A stretch of 64,000 bases of DNA, from the NCBI RefSeq assembly GCF_009914755.1, contig NC_060940.1. The stretch is one strand, 5' to 3'. Shown here piece after piece: positions 1-12,690 of the stretch. Made by a program: the position numbers and the translations under genes. Each line of letters begins with the position of its first letter. Within the stretch, counting starts at the first letter, position 1. Under the pieces are notes generated by a model. The model was not told where the DNA came from. It saw only the letters and a list, made by a program, of their open reading frames with translations, and ran no database searches. Origin of the DNA: the human T2T-CHM13v2.0 reference genome, Homo sapiens.

Positions 1-257
1 AAACCCACCAGTACCACTTCCAGGTGCACATCAAACCTCCCACCATGGCGTCCTCCAAGCCCATTCATCTTGATGGGCACAGCAGTCTTGGAAGACATTT
101 GCCGAGCCACAAGATGGAAGAAGTCTAGGTTCCTGAGTCACCAATGGGAAGACAGCCACAGGCTGATGGTGACATCTATTTTAGGTTCATGTATGTGAGA
201 AGTACATTACTATATATGAGGCTTACTTGTTACAACAGCTAATACTTAACTAATACA
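1..257 (+). mobile_element. MLT1-type (ERVL-MaLR) LTR, 3' part
   Basis: gccacaagatggaagaagtctaggttcctgagtcacc motif and the MaLR terminus ...ttgttacaacagc...ctaataca at 257. Confidence 0.65.
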
Positions 258-265
258 AAAGTCGA

Positions 266-598
<333 letters not shown>

Positions 599-1074
599 TC
601 AATACTGTTCCTTCCCCCAAGTCTTATCAAAAGTTGTGGATATCATAATGATATACTGGGATCAGATTCAACTGCGAGAAGTCTACTTAATGTTCTGCGG
701 GGGTAGAAGGTATCTTACGATCTATGTAAGTCATCATAAAAGTACGTGCCTCTGACTCATGCTTGAGGCATCACATTCCCTAAGATGGTGGAGTTAGCTC
801 TCAGTCCCTGCTGGCCCCCAAAAGGTACTACTTCAGAGAGGGAGTTCTGGCTCCATGACTTCTGAAGCTTGGTATTCCAGTGGCCCATCTCCTGACATCA
901 CTCACTTCCTAACCTAATGGTGAGGTTTTCGGTTAGGTCACTGGTTTTTGCAAGTGCTTTTCACTGAAAGCAATTTGGGGTCTGCGGGGGATATTGACTT
1001 TTTTGGAGAATCCTTAGGGGTTTGGATGATTTTTGTCAAACATCCCATTCCTGAGTGACCTCATACAATTCCAG

Positions 1075-1250
1075 AGTCTTAGATCTCAGAGGTGGGAAGG
1101 ACTTTAGGACTCATGGGACCGTATCTTCCACTCGGTGCAGAATTCCCTCCATAACATTCCAACGATGCATCATTCCGCCTCTGCTGGACGTTTTTAATAA
1201 AAGAGGGTCCGTGCCTGTCAAGACAGCCTCCCTGCTGTGGGTCTCCTGTA
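1075..1250 (-). mobile_element. Probable L3/CR1 fragment
   Basis: Degenerate similarity to the CR1 3' end and to 19105-19277; assigned by eye. Confidence 0.35.
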
Positions 1251-1844
1251 AGCCTCTCTGATACTGTTGCCACCTCAGCTCCATCAACCACATGACATCC
1301 TTCAGGAATGGACTGCAGCCCTTGTGACTTTCCAGAGCTTTCCTCTGCAGGACCCCAGAGCCTTTCATTCTGTGTTTTCCAACCTGAGATCCATGAAACG
1401 GAATCAGGGACGCAAGGGAAAGGGGACCAGGCGTGCAGAGCTCTGACCCTCCGCCCCAGCCCCTCCTGTGTCATCCAATCTGCCTCGCACTTCATTTCCT
1501 TGATATGAAAATGTCACCCGATGTTTAATGAAGGCCACCCCCCATCCTCTTTCTCTCACCTCGGGCAGTAGATCTCTATCACTGGGAGCCAAGCAGCAAA
1601 CAGGATATTGCATTACGGGCCCTGCAGCTCCGATATCTGATCCTTCTGCGATGGCGGGGCTGCGTGGGGAAAACTGTACGCCACCTTCCCCCACATCCAA
1701 GGCCATCAGGCTGACCTGACCCACACAGCTTCCTCTGCTCTACCCGACCCCTGTGGCTTCTGCCTGACAAAGCTGCTGGGCTGCACTGATGTGGCAGAAG
1801 GAGCAACAACTTCAGAATCTGAAAGACTCAGAGTGAAGTCTCAG

Positions 1845-2040
1845 TTCTGCCCCTAACTAATGGTGAGACCTTGGACAGGGTGCCTGGTCTCTGGAGCCTC
1901 ACTTTCTCCCTCTGTAAAATGGGAAAATCAATGATGTTGCCCCAGATAGGGAGCTGAATAAGAATCCAAGGAGACGGTCCATGCAGGGTGCTAGCCCAGT
2001 GCTGACATGCAGGGAGCACGCGATCCCTGCTGCTATTATT
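1845..2040 (+). mobile_element. MIR
   Basis: Core gtgagaccttggacag...gagcctcactttctccctctgtaaaatggg. Confidence 0.75.
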
Positions 2041-2439
2041 ATGGGTAGTGCATCTGCTGGGGAGGGTGGACAGAGTCCTCATTCAATTCTCAGATTGGTC
2101 TGTGATCCATTCTCCTAGGCTACAGGTGACCCAGCAGCAAAATTCTGCTCACAGGAGTGCCTCAATTTCCCCTGGAGCAATCGGCATTTCTCCTGTGACC
2201 CAGTTACCCAACTCCCTTTAACCAGAGGCATGGAGGAGAACCCTCCCCCAGCCAAAGCTCAGAGCCAAGTCAGCCAGTACGGGACCAAACAGTGACCACC
2301 ATCCTGGGGCCCCCAGAGAGGTCCCTGGCAGGCCACTCCTTAGTCTCCAACCCACCCCTTAGTCCAGGCGCCCACTCCCTGGTCTTAGACTCAGCTTAGC
2401 TAGAAGTCATGGCTGGAAGTACCAGCAGTAGTGACAACA

Positions 2440-2672
2440 ACCATAATAAGAACTCCAAGAACATATTAGTGCCAGGAATAGCCCGAGTGTTTCACACAGA
2501 GTATCTTTTTATTCTTTATCCTAGCAACACACCAGTGAGGCCAGTACCATCATTTTGATTGTTCCCATTTTCTGGATGAGCTAATAGGCACAGAGAGATC
2601 CATGACATACCCAAAGCTCCACCACCAGCAAGTGCAGAGGCAGCTTTGAGCTCAGGCGGTCTGCTTCCAGGG
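2440..2672 (-). mobile_element. MIR
   Basis: Reverse core cccattttctggatgagctaataggcacagagag...cccaaag. Confidence 0.7.
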
Positions 2673-3550
2673 GCCATGTGGGCAGCTGCTAGCCAACACT
2701 GCTTTCCTGAATACCACGTTTGAACAAGCCACCTTGTCACCTATGACAAGTTCAGAGGAGGCAGACTCTTTTCAGGATGGATCCTGGAGAGAGCCTTCTG
2801 AACAATTCACCTGAGCTCTCCCCAAATCTGCTAGTTCATTCATCAAACATTTGCAGAGTGATGCGTCCCAGTCACCAGTCCCAGTCACGTGTATGCAAGT
2901 TTTCTTTAGGCAAGGATGAGGAGGGGGTGAGAGTACCACTCACGGGGTGCCAAGGCCATGCGGCATGCCTGGTCAGCCCTACCAGGAGCGTGTCCCAAGA
3001 GAAGAGATGGTGGCAGTTCTATGTCCAAACAACGTTTTAGCCCTGCTAGATTTTGAAGGAAGTTCTTTCACAAGAGACTTCTTGTAAGTATGCTAATACA
3101 CCTAGAAAGTCCACAGGAGCAGGCACAGAACTTGCAGTATGAATCAAGCTCCTTTCAATGACAGTGCGCTTCTCTCAGGACACCCCTCTGGAAATCCACA
3201 AAACGTTCTGTGCAGAATGCTTCACTGCCACCTTGTGTCCCCAACTCCAGAGTGTGGCCTCCAAGGCAGCACTCCCGAGTTGGGAGAGCTGGAGATGCCT
3301 TAAAAGAGTTTGGTGCTGATGGGCGAGCCACAGTCTCTTTCTAACCCCGGGAGCATCTGTCTCTACACGCCGCATCTTCTGCACTTCCATCCATCTTCGC
3401 TCATCGTCCTCACCTTTCTCATGCCTGTATCACCTCTTTCCTCATACTCATCCCCTTAATAACCACCTTTACTCTCTTGCATAAAAATAAGAATCTTGCG
3501 TTTCTCTTAGTGCTCTCAATCAGTGGTGCAGAAATCTGGTTAGCATAGGG

Positions 3551-3727
3551 CGGGTGTTCTCAACCCTGGCTGCACCTGAGAACCACCAAGGACGACTGAC
3601 ATCAAAAGATGCGCTGGCCCCACCTCAGCCTAAATAACTCAGAGTCCCCTGGGGGTGTTGCCAAGCATCAGGGTCTTGGGAATGCTCCCTTGGGCCTCTC
3701 TGTGCTGTCAGGGCTGAGAACCAGTGG
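3551..3727. mobile_element. MER5-family hAT-Charlie MITE
   Basis: Terminal inverted repeats gtgttctcaaccctg ... cagggctgagaaccagtg. Confidence 0.7.
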
Positions 3728-4584
3728 TCCAGGGGACATCTCCTTTCCCACGCCCCCATCCTTGCTAGTTCATGAACTAGCAACTTCTGCTCCCTTTGAA
3801 GCATCGAGAAGAATTCCTCCTGCCTCCGCCATCTTGCCCTGTGCTCTGCCTAAGGGGAGCTCACTTGCCCGCTGAGATGGCAAATGTCTGAATTCCACTA
3901 GTCATGTTTCCCCAGAACTACTCAGCTGGGAAAGTCAGGAGCCAGTTTGGGCCTCAGGCCCCAGCCACGTTCTCCTACAGCTGATGTTTTCAATCCCATC
4001 TGCCTCTGACACCTCTTTCTCCATGAATTTGGTTCTCAAGAGTCCAGAGACGCACAGATACCACGCAGCAGACCCCAATGGGTAGAGGCTATGGGGACAG
4101 GAGAAGAGGTTTTGCCCCTCAGCTTTGATACATCTAAGACACAAATGCAGGGATAGGTCAAGGAGACACTTCCCTCACCAGAGAGACTGGGCGTGCAAAG
4201 CCACAGGAAGGAACCATTCGGTGGGGGCTCTGGGGAAATCCATCATGAGACCTGACCCCCTGGGTACCCTGTTTCTGTTCAGCTTCCATCCCTTCAGTGA
4301 CCCAGCTACAATACCTTATTCCTGCATGCAAGAAGGATCCCCACGCCCTCCCCAGGCTGGGACAAGCCTCATCACCGTCAACCCAGGGCTGGCCTGGGAG
4401 TCCCACCTTGCCTGCAGCTGTCCAGGATAATCTGTTAACAGACCCCATCCAGCAAAGGTGAAGAGCTGCCCACCAGAAGGAGCAGCCATTGAGGACGTTG
4501 GGCAGAGGTCAGGATGGGCCCTTGCCTAAGAGGAGAGCCTGAAAAGATGGGGCTCTTTGAGCTGCTAATGATTTCCTTCCAGGC

Positions 4585-5033
4585 TGTATTAGTTTCCCAG
4601 GGAACAGTCACCACAAACTTGGCAGTTTAAAACAATCAAAAGGTATTCTCTCATAGTTCTGGAGACCAGAACTCCAAACTCAAGGTGTTGGCAGGGCTGG
4701 TTCCTTCTGGAAGTTCTGACGGAGAAGCTGTGTCAGGCCTCGCTCCCAGTTTCTGGTGGCTGCTGGCCATTCTTGGAGTTCCTTGGCTTGAGGCTGCATG
4801 ACTCTACGCTCTCCCTTTCTGTCACATTACCTTCTCCTGTCTCTGTGTCCCCTCTTATGAAATAAGTTCTCTCTGCGTCTGGAGCCCACACTCCAATCCA
4901 GGATGATCTCACCTCAGGACTCTGAACTTAATCACATCTGCAAAGAGCCTTTTTCCAAATACGGTCACCTCCACAGGTTCCAGGGATTGGCACGTGGACA
5001 TATCTTTTGGGGGCCACACTTCAACTCACTACA
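4585..5033 (-). mobile_element. MLT1C-like solo LTR (same orientation as CDYL2)
   Basis: tgtattagtttcc start and ...ggccacacttcaactcactaca end; typical MLT1 body. Confidence 0.8.
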
Positions 5034-6221
5034 AGGGGTCTGCATGCTAATGAGCTGCTCGTGCATGGAGTGAAAACGAGGGGCTGTGTCAGCCAGGTTT
5101 CCCTGGACTTCTGGAAATCCAGCTAACACCTCCACTGAAATGTGTAAACCAGATAAAGACCATGATTGACGCTCCACGGGTCACAAAAATGGGCACTTGT
5201 TTCTCTGGATGGGCTCTGGTGGCCTCATGCATGACGAGAGAAGCACGCTGGAAATCCTGTGGTCCCCCTTTGATACATGGAAAGGCAGTAGTGAGAGGGC
5301 ATAGCTGGGACCACGCAAAGCGCAAACTGTGTGGGCACAGCCAGGAAGCCTGTGCCTCCATAACCACAACACCTTTCACATAACAGTGCCCAGGCTCGTC
5401 ATGTCTCTTCTGGCAAGGATTCTGCAACAGGAAACACACGGGTATTTCGGAGCAGGGGCTCCAATGGCTGCTTCACCCTGAAGAGGGACTCAGAATTCCA
5501 CACACAAGAGCATCCTAGCATCACCTCTTAGAGACAAAGCAACCCCTCAAAGCCCCCTATAGCCACGTGGGAATCAGCCTCCCTCTGTGTGGCCCCTCCA
5601 CAGAACCATAGAGACTGGAGGCCCCAGAAAATCCCTGACTTGTGGCCTGAGGCTCCGTGACACCATGTGGAGTAAATGTTCCTTCTCATGTGACCAGGGG
5701 CATTCCTGAATTGTGACTTGTCTGATTCCTAAGCAAGATACAGCAGCACCCGCCAGGTGAACACTGGGTGACAGCTGTAAACCAGCTAAACAGCCGTAGT
5801 GTCTAGAAATGACACTCACTTGCTTTTGATATACTGATAAAGAATGGGGAAATAACTACCCTTCAGTGTCCCAAAAGGGTACTCATTGTTGGGACTGGAT
5901 GTCACCGCCAGGATCCCAACTTTTGCCCAGGGGCAATTAGAAAGGGGGAAATACTCTGTACCCCGTTGGGTCTGCAAACACACAGCTGCCCAGGGAACCC
6001 CTCCATCAACCTCCCCACTGCTGAGCTACGGCAGTGCTGGGACATACAAACAACCAGACAACCAGAGACTCTCCCCATCAGGCAAGGGGCGGGAGTAGTG
6101 TGGACAACACATGGCCACTACCAGACTCAGGCCTTGATAGCAAATAAAAAATCTTTCCGATCAAAAGAATGAAAGTGGGATCTAACCTAGAGGGCAAAGC
6201 ATCCCTAATTTTGGCAGGACC

Positions 6222-6405
6222 ATGGTTAGAGATGAAAATATAGGATGCCCAATTAAAATTTGAATTTCAGATAAATAACCAACATTTTAAAAATGTAAGC
6301 AGACCTCGAGTATTGCACAGGATATACTTATGCTAAAAATAAAATTCCTGGTTGTTTGAAATTCGAATTTAACTGAGCAGCCTGTATTTTTACTTGGTAA
6401 TCCTA
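6222..6405. mobile_element. MER53 palindromic DNA-transposon MITE
   Basis: Inverted arms aaaatataggatgcccaattaaaatttgaatttcagat / gtttgaaattcgaatttaactgagcagcctgtattttt; terminus ggtaatccta. Confidence 0.8.
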
Positions 6406-6444
6406 CGCAGGACCCCAGGGTGTGTGAAAAGGAGCACAGCTCAC

Positions 6445-6617
6445 CTGATGGCTTCTGCAATCCGAGTGCTCTCCTTTCGCCGGTCGCTGGACAACCGGCC
6501 AATTAGGTAGGAATAATCCAGGCCGCTGCAGAACACGCTCCCCACTGCGCTGAGGAGCAGCAGTTTGCTGTCGTCTGTGGCTGCGTTGCAGAGCGCTCGC
6601 CGGACTTCTTTCATGAT
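6445..6617 (-). CDS. CDYL2: CDYL2 internal coding exon (173 nt, probably exon 4): crotonase-fold core
   Basis: Translates as IMKEVRRALCNAATDDSKLLLLSAVGSVFCSGLDYSYLIGRLSSDRRKESTRIAEAI(R), with the crotonase FxxGxD motif. Acceptor tctctgccggcag|ATC at 6618/6617; donor AG|gtgagc at 6445/6444. In frame with the 18701-18918 exon. Confidence 0.96.
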
Positions 6618-7099
6618 CTGCCGGCAGAGATGAATTTGCAGGGATGTTAAGTGTCTATCCTGTAAGCCTGGGGCTTTCAGACTGCAAGACAGCCAGAGGC
6701 CTGACCCCCTGAGGGTAGAGGCCAGGGAATCTGCTTCTGCCTGTGCAGGGAGCCTCCCCTGAGTACAAGCAAGAGTCCAGAGCAAGGAGAAAAACACTTA
6801 TCATAGCCAAAGCCCTCCAGCACCATCCCCGGAGAAGGCAGAAGAGTGCTAATAAGGAGGCAGTGTGGTCACTGGCTGCAGATCTGGAAGCCTGGCCTGG
6901 AGTCACTCAATCCTTGGTAAATCTCTGCAAATCTTGTTCTGGCATTTGCTTATTTAGCCCTTTACAAGATGTGGAAAAAATCCATGCACAGCCCAAGTGA
7001 GGGATGTAAGCCATCTCTAGATGACTCAATTTAATTATTATACATCCTTGCTCATCTTTCCTCCAGCTCATACCCCGCACGGCCTGCAGGTGCCACATG

Positions 7100-7295
7100 G
7101 CAAGTGGGCTTTGGCATCAGATCCAGACCTGGGTTCAGTGTCCCACTGGAGTTCCAAGCCCCTGGTCCAAATTCTGGCTCTGCACCTTACTAGCCATGGG
7201 ACCTGAGCCATGCTGGTTATTCATCCTCAATGTCCCCATCTATAAGTGGGTGGACCCACTCTCAAGGCCTCCAGTGAAGAATAAATGAAAGGAAA
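7100..7295 (+). mobile_element. MIR
   Basis: gggctttggcatcaga...cctgggttc... and cctcaatgtccccatctataag. Confidence 0.6.
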
Positions 7296-7579
7296 GGTTA
7301 TGCTATGGCCACCTGCAGGTTCACATTCCTGGGAGGTAGTGATGAATTCTGGATAAAAGGCATTTTGTTCCTCCTCTTCATGCCAGTAAAGGTGCCATCT
7401 GACATGGAAGAACTGTGCTGGCCACCCTGCCATCATGGGACAAGTTCCCCTAATCTCCTGCTTGGGTCTCCTGCATGTATGCCCTAGGATTTTTAGGTCT
7501 CTATGACCTTGTCTTAGGCAGGTGGAGGGCAGGACAGAATTTGGGAGATAGACACAGGTGCCCTCGGTAAGTGGTAAGA

Positions 7580-7790
7580 CCAACAAGTGCTACCTTAGCA
7601 GTGAACATGTACTGCAGGCCAGGTACCCTGCTACATGGGTTCCAGCCTCCCCAACACCAGTGAGTGGTCACTATTCTTACTTCCAGACCAGGAAACAGAT
7701 GCCTAGAGGGGTCGTAACACTAGTCCAAGGCCACACAGTTGGTAAGTGTTAGAGGTGGATTTGAGCCCTGGCCTGGCTCACACAATGCCT
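7580..7790 (-). mobile_element. MIR
   Basis: ggaaacagatgcctagagggg...ccaaggccacacagttggtaagtg...ggatttgagccc. Confidence 0.65.
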
Positions 7791-8129
7791 AGTCTATGCA
7801 CTTTGACACTGCAAATTCCCACTATCTGGCCATGGCCTTCCATTTATGGAGAAGGAGAGGACTCAGCCCCAGAGCACGCAGCCAGCCCAGGGGTGGACAG
7901 GCAGGGGTGGGGCAGCTAGGAGAGCCCAGAGCTCCCATTTACCACCCTGCAGCCTTCTTTGAACGTCTTCCCTGGGCCAAGCCTATATTCACCTAATCAC
8001 CTTTGCACATGCCAATCTCCCCACCCCTTGTGGGGTTGCCCAGGCTCCTTGATTCTGAAGGTCCTTTTATGACCCACCCTATTCTCCTCCCCCTATTCTC
8101 CCTTGCCCAGCACCCCCATTTGTTTTCTT

Positions 8130-8310
8130 CATTTATCATACATTTACCTGTCTTACCTACTACTTGTTTGTTTCCTGCCTTTTATTTGTCCACACTTGCT
8201 CAACTGTTATTTTAATAAAGACAGGAATTGCATCTCTCTTATTCTCCAGTGTATACTCAGAGCCTAGCACAGTGCCTGGGGTATGGTGGACACTCAGTAT
8301 CTGCTTGTTT
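8130..8310 (+). mobile_element. L2 3' end
   Basis: gcctagcacagtgcctgggg...cactcagtatctgcttgtt. Confidence 0.6.
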
Positions 8311-8544
8311 AGTCACACAGAAACTCCCTCATAGCCCTTTTCCTCAACTTCAGAGGAAATTAGGCAGGCTGCTTGCTCACCCACCTAGAAGCTTTTACAA
8401 GGCCAACTCAAAAGGCACCTGTGAAAACCATTTAAAAGACTGTAAAGAGTTTGCCACCAAAAAGTTTGCACCCCATGAAAGCTAACTGTGTTTGCGCTCT
8501 TCAAAGGCATGCAGCCCGGCTATTCAGCTCCTCATCACATGAGC

Positions 8545-8735
8545 AACTATTTTTGGATGAGCCTGAAGGTTACAGAGCACTTGCCCATGAGTACTTGCAC
8601 CCCCAACCCCTTGTGAGGTGGGCATTATTATTAGCTCCATTTTATAGAAAGGGAAACTGAGGCTCAGAGAGAAAGGTGACTTTCTCAAAGCAACATGTCA
8701 GGAAGTGGCAGAGCCTGCACTAACAGACTGGCCAG
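8545..8735 (-). mobile_element. MIR
   Basis: ccattttatagaaagggaaactgaggctcagagag. Confidence 0.8.
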
Positions 8736-8769
8736 CTCAAAGCTTCCTGCGGAGATGGTACAAGCTCTG

Positions 8770-9323
8770 TCTGCCCCAAGCACTTTCAAACTTCGCTGCT
8801 CAAAGTGTAGTCCTTGGAACAGCAGCAACACATCCCTCAGGAGGTGGCCAGAAATGCAGAGTCTAAAGCCCCAGCCCCGACGTATGACAGGGGGTTCCAG
8901 AAGGTCCACATGCGCCTCTGGGGCTACGGTTGGGCACAAGCTCCACTTCTACCCCACAGTATCTTGGGTGTTCTGGGGTGAAATCAATAGCCTCTCCTGG
9001 TCTCCCTATTTGTAAAATTCAGAGCTACCTCAGATGAACCAACAAACAAGATGCAAGTAGACTGCTTAGTGCAGTGCATGGCACATACCCTGCAAGATGT
9101 CCCCGTTTATATACTGACCCTACGGAACAGGTCAGCTTCTGCCCCAAGCACTTTCAAACCTCACTACTCAAAGTATGGTCCTTAGACCAGCAGCTTCACA
9201 TTCCTAGGAGCTGCCTAGAAATGCAGAGTCTTGGACCCCAGCCCAGACCGACAGGATGAGTTTCTTCATGTTCATGGGACCTGCAGGAAATTCATATGCA
9301 TGTTATTGTTTGAGAAGTGCTGC
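8770..9323. repeat. Two MER5A1-like MITE copies (8791-~8915 and 9159-9323), each preceded by the same 22-mer
   Basis: tctgccccaagcactttcaaac at 8770-8791 and 9138-9159, each followed by ctcaaagt.t.gtcctt...cagcagc...agaaatgcagagtct. Confidence 0.75.
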
Positions 9324-10745
9324 TTTACGATATGAACTCACTTAGCCTTCTGGGGGAGTCACTTGTTGAAGCTCCATTTTATGAATGACAAAATCAAAGT
9401 ACAGTCACTGTGAGAAGTTTGCAAGTATGGGGTGGAGCTAGACTAGGACTCAGGAAGTCAGACTTTGGGGACCATGTCCTTCACCGCAGGCTAGGCTGCC
9501 TCTCAAAGCATCAGGGCTTTTCATCTGAAGACCTCCACATGATAGCAGTGTGGCTACGGGAGCAGCAGGAAATGAGCTCTGTGATGCCCAGGGGAAAGCA
9601 GATCCTTCTCCCCTCCCAGACTGTGGATTTTAGGATGGAGCCAGGATCTGAAAGTGAGCTCCTGCCACATGCTACGTTCTGAGGCCCAAGCATCATCCAG
9701 ACCCTCCAAGTCTGTGTACTGACTGAAGCAATCCCCCTCACACCCCTGCATACTCCCCGACTCCTTCCAATCACAACCTTGCAGCAACACTGCGTATCTA
9801 GACTACACAATGTCTCTTGGGTGCCTGGTATTCACAAGGACTCAAGGCAGTTGGCCAGGCTGAAAAGGTACAGGCTTTGGAGACAGGAAGCCTATGATGG
9901 AATCGGCTTTACCACAAACAGGCTCAGCCCTTCTAGTCCTTCTGCTACCTATTTGCCATACCACAGTCAGGACAAGCCACTCCAGCAAATAATTTATTTT
10001 TGCTGTAGGAAAACTCTCCCATGAGAAGCTAAAACTCCATACCTGCCCTGTATGTGGATTTGAAGTTCTGAGTTACCACACCCACATGGGGAAGAATCCA
10101 CAAGATAAAAAAATTAACACAGAAATTGGACACAGGCTAGTAATATCCCTGAGGTGTCTGATGGAAATGAATGTAAAAGTACTCTGGGGAGAAGCTGCAA
10201 CCCAGACCGCATGGGAATTACACAGGAAAAAAAACCCTAGCAGGAGATGAGCTCACAATCAAAAATCACAAAACACTTGGGAAATACAAGTTGGCATACT
10301 CAGCAAATGAGCGGATTACATAACATGACTTCAAGTAATACAAGGATCCAAAAGAGACTGTAAAATAGGGATGTTTCAAATAATCACAGAGAGGAAAACA
10401 GACATGAACAATAAGGAAAGAACAGGAGAATATGGGGAAAAAATAGATTTGAGGAGAAAAAGAAACTTCTGGAAATGAAAAACAAAGTCATGGACATCTG
10501 CTGAGATCAACAGCAGATTAGGTGGTGCTAAAGGGAGCATAAAGTAACTGAAAGACCTGAAGTAATTGACCAAAACGTAGCACAGAAAAACAGAGATGGA
10601 AAATATAACGGAGAGATTAAAGACAAGAATGCTAAGATTTAAAATTGGTGCTGTAGGGATTCTATCAGGAGATCACAGAGAAGAGGAGAAAGTCAATATT
10701 GAAAGAGATAAAGGATGAGAATTTAACAGAATTGATGAAAGATCC

Positions 10746-11260
10746 ACTAGTTTCCTATGGCTGCTGTAAAAAATTACTATAAATTTGGCAGCATAAAATA
10801 ACATAAACTTATTATCTTATAGTCCCTTAGGTCAGATGTCTGATGCAGGTTTACTGGGTTAAAATCAAGTTGTCAGCAAGACTGCATTCCTTTGTGGAGG
10901 CGCTAAGGGAGAATCATTTTCTTCCCTTTTCCAGCTTATAGAGGCCACCCACATTCCTTGGTTCCTGGCCCCTTCCTCCATCATCAAAGGCAATAATGCC
11001 GAGCTGGGTCTTCCTCACCTTCTCAGTTTGTGTCACTCTGACAGATTCTTCTGCTTCTCTCATCTACATTTAAAGACCCTTGTGATTACATTGAGCCCAT
11101 CCAGGTAGTCTAGAATACTCTCTATTTTAAGGTCAGCTAACTGGCACCCTTAATTGTATATCTGAAACCTTAAATCCCCCTAGCCATGGAACCTAGCATA
11201 GTCATAGATTCTGGAGATTTGGACATGAACATCTTGGGGAGAGGGCTTCTATCTACCACA
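10746..11260 (-). mobile_element. MLT1D-like solo LTR
   Basis: tagttttcctatggctgctgta ... cttgtgattacattgagccc ... ctaccaca. Confidence 0.8.
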
Positions 11261-11700
11261 GACTTGAATACTAAAATTTAAGAACTACAACAAAAAGCTA
11301 AGCAATAGAAATAACAATACACGCAAGCACAGACATATCATATTTAAACTTCAGAACATCAAAGACAAAGCAAAACCTTAAATACATCCAGAGGAAAAAG
11401 AAAGCTTACCTACAGAGGGCAAATATTTAACCGGAGGCAAATTCTACATAGCAGAAATAAATTCCAGAAGGTAGCAGAATACAATTGTCAAGGTGCTGAG
11501 GAAAACAACTGTCAACAAATTCTTCACTCAGCTAAATTCACTTAAAAGGAAGGGTAAAAATTAGGCATTTTCAGTCAAAGAATGTTTACCATTTTTAGAC
11601 CCTCACTAAAAGAACTAAAAAGGAATGTACTTCAAGAAAAAGAAACTATATTCAGAAACAAAAACTGACCTGCAAGGAATAATAACCAGCAAAGAAATTG

Positions 11701-11978
11701 GTGGATCACACCTGTAATTCTGGCACTTTGGAAGGCTGAGGCAGGCAGATTGCCTGAGCTCAGGAGTTCGAGGCCAGCCTGGGCAACATGATGAAACCCC
11801 AACTCTCCTAAAAATACAAAAAAAAAAAAATTAGCCAGGCATGGTGGTGCATGCCAGTGGTCCCAGCTCTTCAGCAGAAGGATGGGAGGCAGAGGTTGCA
11901 GTGAACCGAGATCGTACCACCGTACTCCAACCTCGGTGACAGAATGAAATCCCATCTAAAAAAAAAAAAAAAAAAAAA
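11701..11978 (+). mobile_element. Old Alu with an internal deletion in the right arm
   Basis: Alu dimer lacking the gaggctgaggcaggagaatcgcttgaacc segment; TSD aaattggtg. Confidence 0.9.
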
Positions 11979-12499
11979 GGAAAAAATTGGTGAATGTGTT
12001 GTTAATAAAAAAAAACTGACTATAAAAATCATAATACTGATATTCATTAATTTGAGGGCAGGGGTTGGTATGGCGTACAACTGTAGTAGCAGGCAATAAT
12101 ATTGTAGAGGATGAGAGGAGGAATGACTAGGGTTGGAGCATGTCAAGGTTATATTCGGAAGTGGTGGAGGTAGTTACTCTTAGCCTTTGCTATGTGTATA
12201 TAATTTAGGGATAACTTCTTAAAAATACATGAATTATAATGAATGGGGAGGAGGATAAAATAAAGAACACCCAATCACTGGATTGTTAAAACAAGAGCAG
12301 AAAGTACATAGTGATAGAAAACAAGGCATGGCGTGTGCCTGGGTGAAGCTTAGAGGCTAACAGAAGAGATGATAAGTGAGCAAACTTCCAAAGGATCACT
12401 ATTAAAGACTCCACAGGCATCATCACGGTGTATGGAAGTTAGGGGGATACTGGGAAAATACTGTTTTTTAAGGTTAAAGTTTTAAAAGAACTTCCATTT

Positions 12500-12690
12500 C
12501 TTAAGCACCTAGTAGTGCCAGGAATTGCACCAGGAATTTTATTCCAAACAAAAATCTGGTAAGGTAGGAGATGGTATCTCAACCTTGCAAGTGACACCAT
12601 GAAGACTCAGACAGGTGCAGTAAGATGTCCAAGGTCACACCAACAGTAAGAGGCACGACCATGATTTAAATCTCATGCTAACCATCCTTT
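12500..12690 (-). mobile_element. MIR
   Basis: gaagactcagacaggtgcagtaagatgtccaaggtcacac. Confidence 0.6.

Larger units (their letters stand above)
10000..12300 (+). mobile_element. Ancient L1ME/HAL1-type ORF1-region fragment, interrupted by an MLT1 LTR and an Alu
   Basis: A-rich decayed ORF1-like sequence (gaaagagataaaggatgagaatttaacagaattgatgaaag; aacaactgtcaac...cagctaaa). Confidence 0.6.

Noticed and set aside
753-759. Isolated AP-1 heptamers (TGACTCA here, also near 7022 and 13024)
   Set aside because: 7-mers are expected several times by chance in 64 kb and show no clustering.
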